A stretch of DNA of 64,000 nt from Hyphomicrobium sp. (GTDB lineage: Bacteria; Pseudomonadota; Alphaproteobacteria; Rhizobiales; Hyphomicrobiaceae). Shown here piece by piece: positions 9,568 to 18,357 of the stretch. The notes beneath the pieces are model-generated. The model was not told the origin of the DNA. It searched no databases and was given only the letters and a program-made list of their open reading frames with translations. Numbering within the stretch: position 1 is the stretch's first letter; every line of letters starts with the position of its first letter. Both the position numbers and the translations under genes were made by a program. Location: assembly GCA_025351425.1 (NCBI GenBank), contig JANXVY010000031.1:9202-73201 (forward strand), written 5' to 3'.

Positions 9568-10752
9568 TCAGTCGCGGGCAACGCAAAGTGCGATGCCCAT
9601 ACCGCCGCCGATGCAGAGCGTAGCGAGGCCCTTTTTGGCGTCGCGGCGGCCCATTTCATAGAGTAGCGTGGTGAGCACGCGTGCTCCGGATGCGCCAATC
9701 GGATGGCCGATCGAGATCGCGCCGCCGTTGACGTTGACCTTGCTGGTATCCCAGCCGAGCCCCTTGTTCACGGCGCAAGCCTGTGCGGCGAATGCTTCGT
9801 TGGCTTCGATGAGATCGAGGTCGCTGGCCGACCAGCCGGCCTTCGCAAGGGCTGCCTTCGACGCGCTGATCGGGCCTGTACCCATGATCGAGGGGTCGAC
9901 GCCGGTGCTGGCCCACGACACGATCCGCGCAAGCGGCTTGATGCCCCGCTTCTTGGCTTCGGCAGCGCTCATCAGCACGAGCGCAGCCGCGCCGTCGTTG
10001 ATGCCCGAAGCGTTGCCAGCGGTAACCGAACCCGCCTTGTCGAACGCGGGACGCAGCTTGCCGAGCGCTTCGGCCGTGACGCCTTCCTTGATGAATTCGT
10101 CTTCCGAAATGACGACGTCGCCCTTGCGGGTCTTGACCGTGACGGGGATGATCTCGTCTTTGAACTTGCCGGCCTTGCGGGCGGCTTCGGCCTTGTTCTG
10201 CGAGGCGGCTGCGAACGTGTCCTGCTCTTCGCGGGTGATCTGCCACTGGCGGGCGACGTTTTCAGCAGTGTTGCCCATATGGTAGCCGTTGAAGGCGTCC
10301 ATCAGGCCGTCACGCAGCATGGTGTCGAGCATCTTCAGCTCGCCCATTTTCACACCGTCGCGCAGATGGGCGACGTGAGGCGATTGCGACATGCTCTCCT
10401 GACCGCCCGCAACGACGATCTTGGCCGAACCGTCGGCGATCTGCTGGGCGCCGAGTGCAACCGCGCGCAAACCGGAACCGCACAGCTGGTTCATGCCCCA
10501 GGCGGGGCTGTCGACGGGAATGCCGGCGGCGATCGAGGCCTGACGGGCGGGGTTTTGTCCGGTGTTGGCTGTCAGCACCTGACCAAGGATCACTTCCGAA
10601 ACGTCGGCGGGTGCAACGCCCGCGCGCTTGAGTGCTTCAATGATTGCCACTTTGCCCAATTCATGGGCCGGGAGAGAGGCCAGCCCCCCGCTGAAAGAGC
10701 CGACGGGCGTACGCGCGGCGCTGGCAATGACGATGGTCGTTTCTTCACTCAT
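9568..10752 (-). CDS. phaA: acetyl-CoA acetyltransferase (beta-ketothiolase)
   Basis: [20 protein letters not shown]...[11 protein letters not shown]...[13 protein letters not shown] thiolase signatures. Trimmed to the Met at 10752. Confidence 0.93.
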   Translation of the reverse strand: MSEETTIVIASAARTPVGSFSGGLASLPAHELGKVAIIEALKRAGVAPADVSEVILGQVLTANTGQNPARQASIAAGIPVDSPAWGMNQLCGSGLRAVALGAQQIADGSAKIVVAGGQESMSQSPHVAHLRDGVKMGELKMLDTMLRDGLMDAFNGYHMGNTAENVARQWQITREEQDTFAAASQNKAEAARKAGKFKDEIIPVTVKTRKGDVVISEDEFIKEGVTAEALGKLRPAFDKAGSVTAGNASGINDGAAALVLMSAAEAKKRGIKPLARIVSWASTGVDPSIMGTGPISASKAALAKAGWSASDLDLIEANEAFAAQACAVNKGLGWDTSKVNVNGGAISIGHPIGASGARVLTTLLYEMGRRDAKKGLATLCIGGGMGIALCVARD

Positions 10753-10836
10753 CGGACGGGATCTCCTGGGGGGTGACGGGACAATTAGACACGCAGTAGA
10801 CTGCACCAAACGGGCGTCCAGCAAGGGGGAATCTTA

Positions 10837-10864
10837 ATTAGCCTTTCGTCATTAGCCTTTCGTC
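10837..10864. repeat. perfect tandem direct repeat, 2 x 14 bp (ATTAGCCTTTCGTC)
   Basis: Read directly at 10837-10850 and 10851-10864, in the phaA-phaR divergent intergenic region. Confidence 0.9.
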
Positions 10865-10882
10865 GGACGCCTTGATCTGACA

Positions 10883-10925
10883 CCGCACTGCCTTAGTTTT
10901 AACCAGACACTTTGCGGCAGTGCGG
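10883..10925. promoter_or_regulatory. 10-bp perfect inverted repeat CCGCACTGCC-N23-GGCAGTGCGG, candidate operator upstream of phaR
   Basis: Read directly. It is TGC-rich and lies 82-124 bp upstream of the phaR ATG. PhaR is known to autoregulate in other bacteria, so the assignment is inference only. Confidence 0.3.
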
Positions 10926-11006
10926 AAAAATGCTGGCCGGGGCCTTATGGCCTGTGTTACGCTGTCGCATCAAGCCTTTTTGAAATTTCACGGACGGACG
11001 CCACTC

Positions 11007-11714
11007 ATGCTGAACAAGCCAGAACCCCAAGCTGAGAAGCGCGAAACGGTCGTCATCAAGAAATATGCGAACCGCCGCCTCTATAATACGGAAACCAGCT
11101 CTTACGTCACGCTGGACGACCTCGGCACCATGGTCCGCTCCGACCGGGATTTCGTCGTTTACGACGCTAAGACTGGCGATGACCTGACCCACGGCGTGCT
11201 GACGCAGATTATCGTCGAGCAGGAAAGCCGCGGCACCGGCCCGTCGATGCTGCCGATCCCGTTCCTGCGCCAGCTGATCCGCTTCTACGACGACAGCATG
11301 GCCAAGATGGTGCCGGGCTATCTGCAGTTCAGCCTCGAAAGCCTCGCCAAGGACCAGACCAAGTTCCGCACCCAGTTCGCAAGTGCGTTCGGCAGCCCCA
11401 CGGCTGCCTTCGACGTCTACCAGGACCAGGTTCGCAAGAACATGGAACTGTTCGAACAGGCGCTGACGATGTGGGTAGCGTCCCCCGGCGGCCAGGCCGT
11501 TGCGGACCAAAAGAAGCTTCCTTCGACGACCTCGTCATTGCAGCCGGGGCAGCCAGGCTACTCCCAACCCTTACCGCAGGTGCGAACGGCGCAGATCGTG
11601 CAGCCCACGTCGGCTGACAAAAAAGAATCTCCCCGCGACGAGCTGAGCGAATTGCGCGCCCAATTAGCCGCGATGCAGCAGCGCATCGAGCGCATTGCCC
11701 AAACCCGGGATTGA
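11007..11714 (+). CDS. phaR: polyhydroxyalkanoate synthesis repressor
   Basis: VIKKYANRRLYNTETSSYVTLDDL...HGVLTQIIVEQESRG...IPFLRQLIRFYDDSM is the canonical PhaR N-terminus. Trimmed to the ATG at 11007. Confidence 0.9.
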   Translation: MLNKPEPQAEKRETVVIKKYANRRLYNTETSSYVTLDDLGTMVRSDRDFVVYDAKTGDDLTHGVLTQIIVEQESRGTGPSMLPIPFLRQLIRFYDDSMAKMVPGYLQFSLESLAKDQTKFRTQFASAFGSPTAAFDVYQDQVRKNMELFEQALTMWVASPGGQAVADQKKLPSTTSSLQPGQPGYSQPLPQVRTAQIVQPTSADKKESPRDELSELRAQLAAMQQRIERIAQTRD

Positions 11715-11724
11715 AGCCAGGAGC

Positions 11725-12318
11725 TTAATGCCCGGAGTTCTTTTCCGGGGGCTTTTCGCCTCCGTTTGCGCCGTGACCGGGCGACAGGCCGGTGATGTAG
11801 TCTGAAACGGCGAGCAATACACTCGACGTCACGAACACCAAATGAATGACGACGAGCCAGAACAGTCGGCGCTCGTCCGCCGCCGCAACGGTCTTCATGC
11901 TCATGAATTCCTTGAGCAGCTGAATCGCCGAGATCGCAACGATCGAGGACAGCAGCTTGAGCTTGAGCGCTGTGAAATCGATCGTGCCCATCCAAGTCGG
12001 CCAGTCGACGTGCCCGGAATGGTCAATCTTGGAAACGAAGTTTTCGTAGCCCGAGAAGATTACGATGATGAGGAGCGACGCCGTCAGCGAGAGATCTACC
12101 AGTGACAGCACCCCTAAGATGACGTCGGACTCGGAGGCCGACATCAGATGGCTGGCCAGATGCCACAACTCGCGCATGAAGATGACGAGCAGCAGCAACA
12201 GCGAAATTGACAACCCAAGATATATCGGCGCCAGTAGCCAGCGGCTGGCAAACAACGCTTCTTCGCTGAACTTCTCCAATCGGGCAGCCAATTCGGCAAG
12301 CTTCATGCGCTGAAACAC
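11725..12318 (-). CDS. UPF0114/YqhA-family membrane protein
   Basis: FASRWLLAPIYLGLSISLLLL...VILGVLSLVDLSLTASLLIIVIFSGYENFVSKID pattern. The start could instead be the Met at 12306. Confidence 0.8.
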   Translation of the reverse strand: MFQRMKLAELAARLEKFSEEALFASRWLLAPIYLGLSISLLLLLVIFMRELWHLASHLMSASESDVILGVLSLVDLSLTASLLIIVIFSGYENFVSKIDHSGHVDWPTWMGTIDFTALKLKLLSSIVAISAIQLLKEFMSMKTVAAADERRLFWLVVIHLVFVTSSVLLAVSDYITGLSPGHGANGGEKPPEKNSGH

Positions 12319-12388
12319 GATCCTTTCACGACCGCCAAAAGTTGTTCAACCCCGTGAGCAGATCAAACGCGAGCCTGAGGCCAGCCGA

Positions 12389-13603
12389 TCACCGGGCTGC
12401 GTGCTGCGCCCGTTTGCGGGCGGACGCGATGCGCCGGTCAGAACCCCGCTCCTGCGCGGCGACGAAATGCCGGCAGCTAGCGCGTTGAATCGAACACGGC
12501 GGACGCTGGGCTTTCATCCCCGGCTGAAGTTGCGCCAAGAGCGCTTCGCGCAACCGTGCTGGGTTTTGACCGGACCGGCTGTTCGCTTCGACGGCGCGGC
12601 CGCTTGGATAGTTCTGGTACAGGTGCCGGTTCGCCGGCATCGACCGAGGCGCCGATACGGCCGGATTCATCTGCCACGAGAGTTGGGTTAGGACAGCTGG
12701 CGACAATCGCTCCAGAGCCTCCAACGCGGCGAGAGACTCGCCGCACGGGGCTAAAGGGCCGGGCTCGGCTCCCTCCTCGGGAGCCAACTCTTGGAACTTA
12801 TAGCGCCCCTCGCACACACTGACGCGCGGCGGCCGGCTCGACCGCTCGACGATATCGTACCCTTCCTTGAGATTGGCCCAGAACGGCTGCCAAGGGCTGT
12901 CCTTCTGCAGTCGCAGGTTCTCGTCTGTCATCCGGAAGGGAAACACATGCACGGGCACAAACGTCTGCCCGCCCGATATCGCCTGATCGGTGAAATTGTA
13001 GATTTCTTCGATGACCGAATTCGTCATCGCAAAACATCCAACCGACGAGCACCCGCCGTGCACCAGGATGTGCGATCCGTTGCGGGCCCTCACCTTGTCG
13101 TAGACGTTGGGGAACCCAAGATTCAGCGACCGCGGCCAGCGCCCGACATGGTGCATCTGGGCGCGCGTAACGGTGTAAAACCCTTCGGGCGTCTGATGGT
13201 CGCCCTCATGGAGCTTGGGTCCAAGCGTCCCCGACCAGTGGCACACGGGGTAGGTCGCGAACTTGACGTAGGCGTCGTCCTTGCGGATCCACACCTCCAG
13301 CTCCGACTCGGACTTGAACGCGCGCAGCAGCACGGGCGAGCCGAGCTTCAGGCCCTTTTCCGCCAGCCGCTCGTTGAGTCGCGACAGGTCTGGCGTGCCG
13401 GCGAGCGGCAAGCTGCCCTCGGCGGCCGCGCGCTGCCGGTCGAGCCGGTCGCTGGCGACGTCCTTCAATTCGATCGAGACCGCCCAGGCATGAGAAGTTG
13501 CTGCAACGCATAGGGCAAAGGCACCCAGCCGCCGCAGCCAGCCGGCGCGGCGAGGGCGGGCGAGGTGCCGCACGGGCGGTCTCGACTGCTGTGCCATCTG
13601 CAT
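12389..13603 (-). CDS. L,D-transpeptidase family protein (YafK-like), paralog 1
   Basis: Signal peptide (LGAFALCVAATSHAWA), GDHQTPEGFYTV, and HGGCSSVGCFAMT catalytic motif. Trimmed to MQMAQQ at 13603. Confidence 0.85.
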   Translation of the reverse strand: MQMAQQSRPPVRHLARPRRAGWLRRLGAFALCVAATSHAWAVSIELKDVASDRLDRQRAAAEGSLPLAGTPDLSRLNERLAEKGLKLGSPVLLRAFKSESELEVWIRKDDAYVKFATYPVCHWSGTLGPKLHEGDHQTPEGFYTVTRAQMHHVGRWPRSLNLGFPNVYDKVRARNGSHILVHGGCSSVGCFAMTNSVIEEIYNFTDQAISGGQTFVPVHVFPFRMTDENLRLQKDSPWQPFWANLKEGYDIVERSSRPPRVSVCEGRYKFQELAPEEGAEPGPLAPCGESLAALEALERLSPAVLTQLSWQMNPAVSAPRSMPANRHLYQNYPSGRAVEANSRSGQNPARLREALLAQLQPGMKAQRPPCSIQRASCRHFVAAQERGSDRRIASARKRAQHAAR

Positions 13604-13680
13604 TCGAAAGGGGCTCCTCGTTCGATCCTCAGACAGCCTCTCATCGTCGTGTGCCGCATATAGCAGCTTCGTCACGGCCT

Positions 13681-14562
13681 TTAGAGTGCTTTTTTTGCAC
13701 GCCCCCCAACGATCTGCTGAACACAAGCGCCGTTTATGTTTGCCGACGGCTCGAGCGTGCGCCCTGCAGCGAATTTGTACTGAGACTGGCACACCTCAAC
13801 TATAGGTGGCAACCATTCCGTTTCGAATAGGTCCGAACCGCGCTTCAGCTGCCGCCAGAAGCCTATATGCGGGCTCTCGGCGTGCGCCGCGAGGTTCTCA
13901 TCGCTCATGCGAAACGGATAAACCTGGACCTGGAAGCGCTTCTGCTTTCCGCCCGCCAGCGCCGCCGTCGTCAAACGCCAGATTTCGTCGATCACGGCGT
14001 TAGTCATGGCGTAGCACCCGGCCGACGAGCAGCCCCCATGCACCATGAGCGCCGACCCCGACCGCCCATGGGCGGCGTCAAAGGCATTGGGAAAGCCGAG
14101 ATTGAACGAGCGGTGCCAACGGCTGTTGGGGTTCATCTGGTCGCTGGCAACGCTGTAGAAACCTTCTGGCGCCTGCCGGTCGCCGGTCGCGAGTTTCGGC
14201 CCGAGCAGACCCGACCAGCGGCAGATCGGATACGTCGCAAACCGGTGATAGCGCCCGTCGCGCGCCATCCAGAGCTCCAGCTCGAACTCGCGCTTATAGA
14301 TGCGGATTAGCACCGGCGCGCCCAGCGCCACACCGTTGGCCGTAAGCCGCTCCTCGAGGACGGCAAGATCCGGGGTACCCGGCAGCCGCGCGTTGACGGC
14401 AGCGAGCGCAAAATTGGCCGCCCGCTGACGCGCAATCGCCCGCAGCTCGGGATCGCCAAACAGATCGGGTTTGAGCATCAAGGCGAGCCAAAACCCGCCA
14501 GCGAACACGCAGGCAACGAGCACAATGACGAACACAGGCCCAAATCGCACCGCGCGGCTCAT
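13681..14562 (-). CDS. L,D-transpeptidase family protein (YafK-like), paralog 2
   Basis: N-terminal TM anchor, GDRQAPEGFYSV, and HGGCSSAGCYAMT. Trimmed to MSRAVRF at 14562. Confidence 0.85.
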   Translation of the reverse strand: MSRAVRFGPVFVIVLVACVFAGGFWLALMLKPDLFGDPELRAIARQRAANFALAAVNARLPGTPDLAVLEERLTANGVALGAPVLIRIYKREFELELWMARDGRYHRFATYPICRWSGLLGPKLATGDRQAPEGFYSVASDQMNPNSRWHRSFNLGFPNAFDAAHGRSGSALMVHGGCSSAGCYAMTNAVIDEIWRLTTAALAGGKQKRFQVQVYPFRMSDENLAAHAESPHIGFWRQLKRGSDLFETEWLPPIVEVCQSQYKFAAGRTLEPSANINGACVQQIVGGRAKKAL

Positions 14563-14629
14563 TGGCGTTATGTCTGATGAGTTTGGGCGGCTCAACAAAT
14601 CCTCCCCGCGACCATCGAACGTAAGCCGG

Positions 14630-15649
14630 TTACGGCTGATGCAGCCCCAGATCAGTGTGCGGAGTTGAAGCGCCAGCGCCCGCCGGTTGCGAGGGAGCGC
14701 CAGGGCCCGCGCTTGCCGCAACTCGGGTCTTGGACCCAGGGATAATAACCCGTTCGTCCGCCACCTGCTGGTCCGCGGGCTTAGGAATGAACGGCTCGAC
14801 GACAGGCCGCTCAAACGTGGGACATGTGCGATCCGGCTCGACCTTGCTTCGCGGCAACTTGACGTTCACCACATACTTGCGCTCGCACACGGCAACGTCC
14901 GCCGGCAGGCGCGTGCTCTCGAAATGATCGTAGCCTTCCTTGAGCGTCGCCCAGAACGGCGCCCAGGGGCTTTTTGCATGCCGCACGAGATTGCTCTCTG
15001 TCATGCGGAACGGAAACGCATGGACCGGGATGCTCGTTTGCCCGGACCGGATGGCGTCGCGGCCCAGCGCGTAGATTTCCTCGATCAGCGCATCCGTCAT
15101 GGCGTAACACCCGGCCGACCGGCACTGGCCGTGGATCATGACGAAATCGCCGGTGCGATTGAGCGACCGGTCATAGGCGTTGGGAAAGCCGAGATTGAAC
15201 GCGAGGTGATAGTTGGAATTCGGGTTCAGCTGCTGGGCCGAGATCGAATAGAACCCTTCCGGCGCCTGCTTGTCGCCCTGCTTGACCTTGGGACCAAGTT
15301 CGCCCGACCAGTTGCAGATAGGATAAGTCTTGAAATGGTAAAACCGTCCGTCGGCACGCTGCTTCCAGACTTCGAGTTCGGATTCTTCCTTGAAGATTCG
15401 GATGAAGATCGGCGCATCGGCAGTCATGCCCTTCTTCCCGAGCAGCATCATGGCGTCTTTCGACAGCGGCTGATCTGCCGGTGACAGCGAAGGCGCGTTG
15501 GAGCAGGCAGCAAGCTGAAGCGCCACCAGGGCGGACACGGCATGGCCGGCAAAGTTGTTGCCACGTCTACGCAATTGACCGGTGCCCCACTGCTTTGAAA
15601 GTGGCTTCACTTTTCCCTCAAGTCCCGTTAACGCCCGCTTAACGCTCAT
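14630..15649 (-). CDS. L,D-transpeptidase family protein (YafK-like), paralog 3, probable lipoprotein
   Basis: Lipobox-like ALQLAAC, GDKQAPEGFYSI, HGQCRSAGCYAMT, and a Pro/Ala-rich C-terminal tail. Confidence 0.85.
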   Translation of the reverse strand: MSVKRALTGLEGKVKPLSKQWGTGQLRRRGNNFAGHAVSALVALQLAACSNAPSLSPADQPLSKDAMMLLGKKGMTADAPIFIRIFKEESELEVWKQRADGRFYHFKTYPICNWSGELGPKVKQGDKQAPEGFYSISAQQLNPNSNYHLAFNLGFPNAYDRSLNRTGDFVMIHGQCRSAGCYAMTDALIEEIYALGRDAIRSGQTSIPVHAFPFRMTESNLVRHAKSPWAPFWATLKEGYDHFESTRLPADVAVCERKYVVNVKLPRSKVEPDRTCPTFERPVVEPFIPKPADQQVADERVIIPGSKTRVAASAGPGAPSQPAGAGASTPHTDLGLHQP

Positions 15650-15735
15650 CCCCGCGGGCGAACTTCGAATTGGTGCTCACTCGCACCGCAACATGACAAC
15701 ACTATCGCGACGAATGCGGCAAGCCTCGGGCGAGA

Positions 15736-16827
15736 TCACAACGAGCGCCCGATTTCGAGGAACCTGTCGTGCCGCTGCTTGCGGACTTCGGCCGGCGTCT
15801 TGCCGTCGAATTCGGCCAAGGCAGCGGCAACGGCATCGCCCAGCGCGCGGATGGCGCTGGCATGGTCGCGGTGGGCCCCGCCAACCGGCTCCTTGACGAT
15901 TTCGTCGATGACGTTGAGGTGTTCGAGATCCTGCGCTGTGATCTTCATGGCGGTGGCGGCTTCTTCGCGCTTGGTCGCATCGCGCCAGATGATGGAGGCG
16001 GCGCCTTCGGGCGAGATGACCGAATAGATCGCATGCTCCAGCATGATGATGCGGTTGGCGGTGGCGATCGCGATTGCACCGCCCGATCCGCCCTCGCCCA
16101 GGATGACGGACACGATCGGCACGCCGAGCGCGAGGCAGCAGTCGGTCGAGCGCGCGATGGCCTCGGCTTGGCCGCGTTCTTCGGCGGCGATGCCGGGATA
16201 CGCGCCGGCCGTATCGACGAGCGTTATGACCGGCAAGTTGAACTTGTCGGCCATCTCCATCAAGCGGACCGCCTTGCGATAACCGTCCGGCATCGCCATG
16301 CCGAAGTTGTGCTTGATGCGGCTCTCGGTATCGGATCCCTTCTCGTGCCCGATGACCATGACCGAACGACCGCGGAAGCGGCCGATGCCGCCGACGATTG
16401 CCGCATCCTCGGCGAAGTAGCGATCGCCTGCGAGCTGGGTGAAATCTTCAATCAGGACCTTGATCACATCGAGCGAGTGGGGCCGTTCGGGATGGCGCGC
16501 AACTTCCGCCTTCTGCCACGGCGTCAGCTTGCTGTAGGTCTCGACGAGAGCCGCCTTCGCCTTTTGTTCGAGCCGCTTGATTTCGTCCGTGATGGAAACC
16601 GCCCCGCCCGCCTTGGTGAGCGCCTTCAGTTCGTTGACCTTGCTTTCGAGTTCCGCGATCGGTTTCTCGAACGTGCAGTAGGTCCGGATGGGGGCGCGCA
16701 CCGCGGATGGTGGGCTGACGGGCTGGGTCGAAGGTGTGGACTGGTCCAAGGGGGCCTCTGCGTTCAGCGCGTCTTGCGCACTCAAAGTAACGGTGTGTTT
16801 GACCAATAAAGCGCGGCGGCGCATCAC
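15736..16827 (-). CDS. accA: acetyl-CoA carboxylase carboxyltransferase subunit alpha
   Basis: [12 protein letters not shown]...ARHPERPH...[26 protein letters not shown]...GEGGSGGA. The ATG at 16827 gives a ~45-aa N-terminal extension; an alternative GTG lies at 16701. Confidence 0.9.
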   Translation of the reverse strand: MMRRRALLVKHTVTLSAQDALNAEAPLDQSTPSTQPVSPPSAVRAPIRTYCTFEKPIAELESKVNELKALTKAGGAVSITDEIKRLEQKAKAALVETYSKLTPWQKAEVARHPERPHSLDVIKVLIEDFTQLAGDRYFAEDAAIVGGIGRFRGRSVMVIGHEKGSDTESRIKHNFGMAMPDGYRKAVRLMEMADKFNLPVITLVDTAGAYPGIAAEERGQAEAIARSTDCCLALGVPIVSVILGEGGSGGAIAIATANRIIMLEHAIYSVISPEGAASIIWRDATKREEAATAMKITAQDLEHLNVIDEIVKEPVGGAHRDHASAIRALGDAVAAALAEFDGKTPAEVRKQRHDRFLEIGRSL

Positions 16828-17050
16828 TCAAGCACGCAACGGCGAGGTGGACGGGCCACGGCTGTCGTTTGTGCATAGCAGCATAGACGTATCGTCGTTT
16901 GTAAATGACAGCACTTGAGACCAGGTTCAAGCAATCAACGGTCGCAGCGACCGGGGCTCAGAAACTGAAAACTGAGCTGTTTCAATGTCGAGTGAGACAC
17001 ATCGTTAACGCGGAAAGTCGGCGCAGGCCGTTTTTTGCGAACGCTTTTCT

Positions 17051-17299
17051 ATGGAGATGACAATGCAAATGTCCCCTTCCGCCATGCCGAGCCGCGGCTT
17101 TTCACAAACCAGCCCCCACACGCTCGGAATTTCGGCTCTCGTGGGCGCCATCGGTTCGAAGCTCCACACTGCCTTCACGGGCTACGTCGAGCGCCGGGAA
17201 GCCTTGGCCGAACTCTATTCGTACGACGATCTGATGTTGAACGACATTGGAATTCCGCGCTGCGGGATCGTTTACGCCGTCGATCACGGCCGCGACTGA
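17051..17299 (+). CDS. DUF1127 domain-containing small protein
   Basis: C-terminal ERREALAELYSYDDLMLNDIGIPR matches the DUF1127 signature (..L..L.D..L.DIG..R). Confidence 0.75.
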   Translation: MEMTMQMSPSAMPSRGFSQTSPHTLGISALVGAIGSKLHTAFTGYVERREALAELYSYDDLMLNDIGIPRCGIVYAVDHGRD

Positions 17300-17330
17300 C
17301 GCTGCGCCGCCGAGCACCGGCGCTGATCGA

Positions 17331-17357
17331 GGCCGGGAGCGTTTCCCGGCCTTTTTT
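17331..17357 (+). terminator. rho-independent terminator after the DUF1127 gene
   Basis: GGCCGGGA (17331-17338) / TCCCGGCC (17344-17351) followed by TTTTTT (17352-17357). Confidence 0.7.
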
Positions 17358-17360
17358 GTC

Positions 17361-18347
17361 TCAGCAATCGGTTTCGGAAGCCCGCTTGGCGAGCGGGTGA
17401 TGCTCGTGAACGAGCTTCTTGAGCCGTTCCTCCAGAACATGGGTATAGATTTCCGTCGTCGAGATATCGGCGTGGCCGAGCAGCTGCTGCACGGCGCGCA
17501 GATCGGCGCCACGGTCGAGCAAGTGGCTCGCAAACGCATGCCGCAGCACGTGCGGACTGACGCGCTCGGCGTCCAGCCCCGCGTCGATCGCGAGCGCCTT
17601 CAAGTCTTGCGCGAACCGCTGCCGCGTCAAATGCCCTTCCGCGCTCTTGGAGGGAAACAACCAGCGCGTGCGAATCATCGCCGCTACGCCGTCCTCGGGG
17701 TCTTGCCCGAGCGCGAGATAGCGCTCGATGGCAGCCCGCGCCGAGCCGTTCAGCGGCACCAGCCGTTCGCGCCCACCCTTGCCGCGGATGGTAAGCACCC
17801 GATCGTCGCCGTCCAGCACCTTCCGGGGCAGCGAGACAAGTTCGCTAACGCGCATGCCGGTCGCATACAGCAGCTCCAGCAGGCAATAGAGCCGCACCGC
17901 CCGCACCCTCTCGCGTCCCCGGGCAGGCGCGATGCGCGCGTGAGCGAGATCGATCAGCCGGTCGACCTCGGCGACCGACAGCGTCTTGGGCAGGGCACGC
18001 TGCTGGCGTGGCCCGGCGATGCCATGGGTCGGATCTTCGTCGATCAGATCCTCGGCCAGCAGATACTTGTAGAGCTGCCGCAACGTCGAAAGCTTGCGCG
18101 CCCGCGAGGCCCCGGCGAGCCCTGCTTCCGACAGCGCCTGGAGATAGCCGGTAATGTCGGCGGGACGCGCGCCCGCAAACGAGAGCCGCGACCGCGCAAG
18201 ATACGAGGCGAAATCGTCGAGGTCGCGCGCGTAGGCCGAGAGCGTGTTGGCGGCAGCGCCCCGTTCCGACGAGATCATGTCGAGGAAGCCGCGAAGGGCG
18301 GCAGCGTTGTCGCCATCCCCGCGCACCGGCATGTTGGAAGCAGCCAT
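17361..18347 (-). CDS. xerD: site-specific tyrosine recombinase XerD
   Basis: LYATGMRVSELVSL...RGKGGRERLVPL...HVLRHAFASHLL..GADLRAVQQLLGHADISTTEIYTHV (R-H-R-Y catalytic set). Trimmed to the Met at 18347. Confidence 0.9.
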   Translation of the reverse strand: MAASNMPVRGDGDNAAALRGFLDMISSERGAAANTLSAYARDLDDFASYLARSRLSFAGARPADITGYLQALSEAGLAGASRARKLSTLRQLYKYLLAEDLIDEDPTHGIAGPRQQRALPKTLSVAEVDRLIDLAHARIAPARGRERVRAVRLYCLLELLYATGMRVSELVSLPRKVLDGDDRVLTIRGKGGRERLVPLNGSARAAIERYLALGQDPEDGVAAMIRTRWLFPSKSAEGHLTRQRFAQDLKALAIDAGLDAERVSPHVLRHAFASHLLDRGADLRAVQQLLGHADISTTEIYTHVLEERLKKLVHEHHPLAKRASETDC

Positions 18348-18357
18348 GCCGGGGGGC

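Noticed and set aside
16702-16827. A ~42-45-aa N-terminal extension of AccA as a possible novelty.
   Set aside because: It is probably a start-codon ambiguity. An in-frame GTG at 16701 gives a canonical-length AccA. The sequence alone does not show that the extension is translated.
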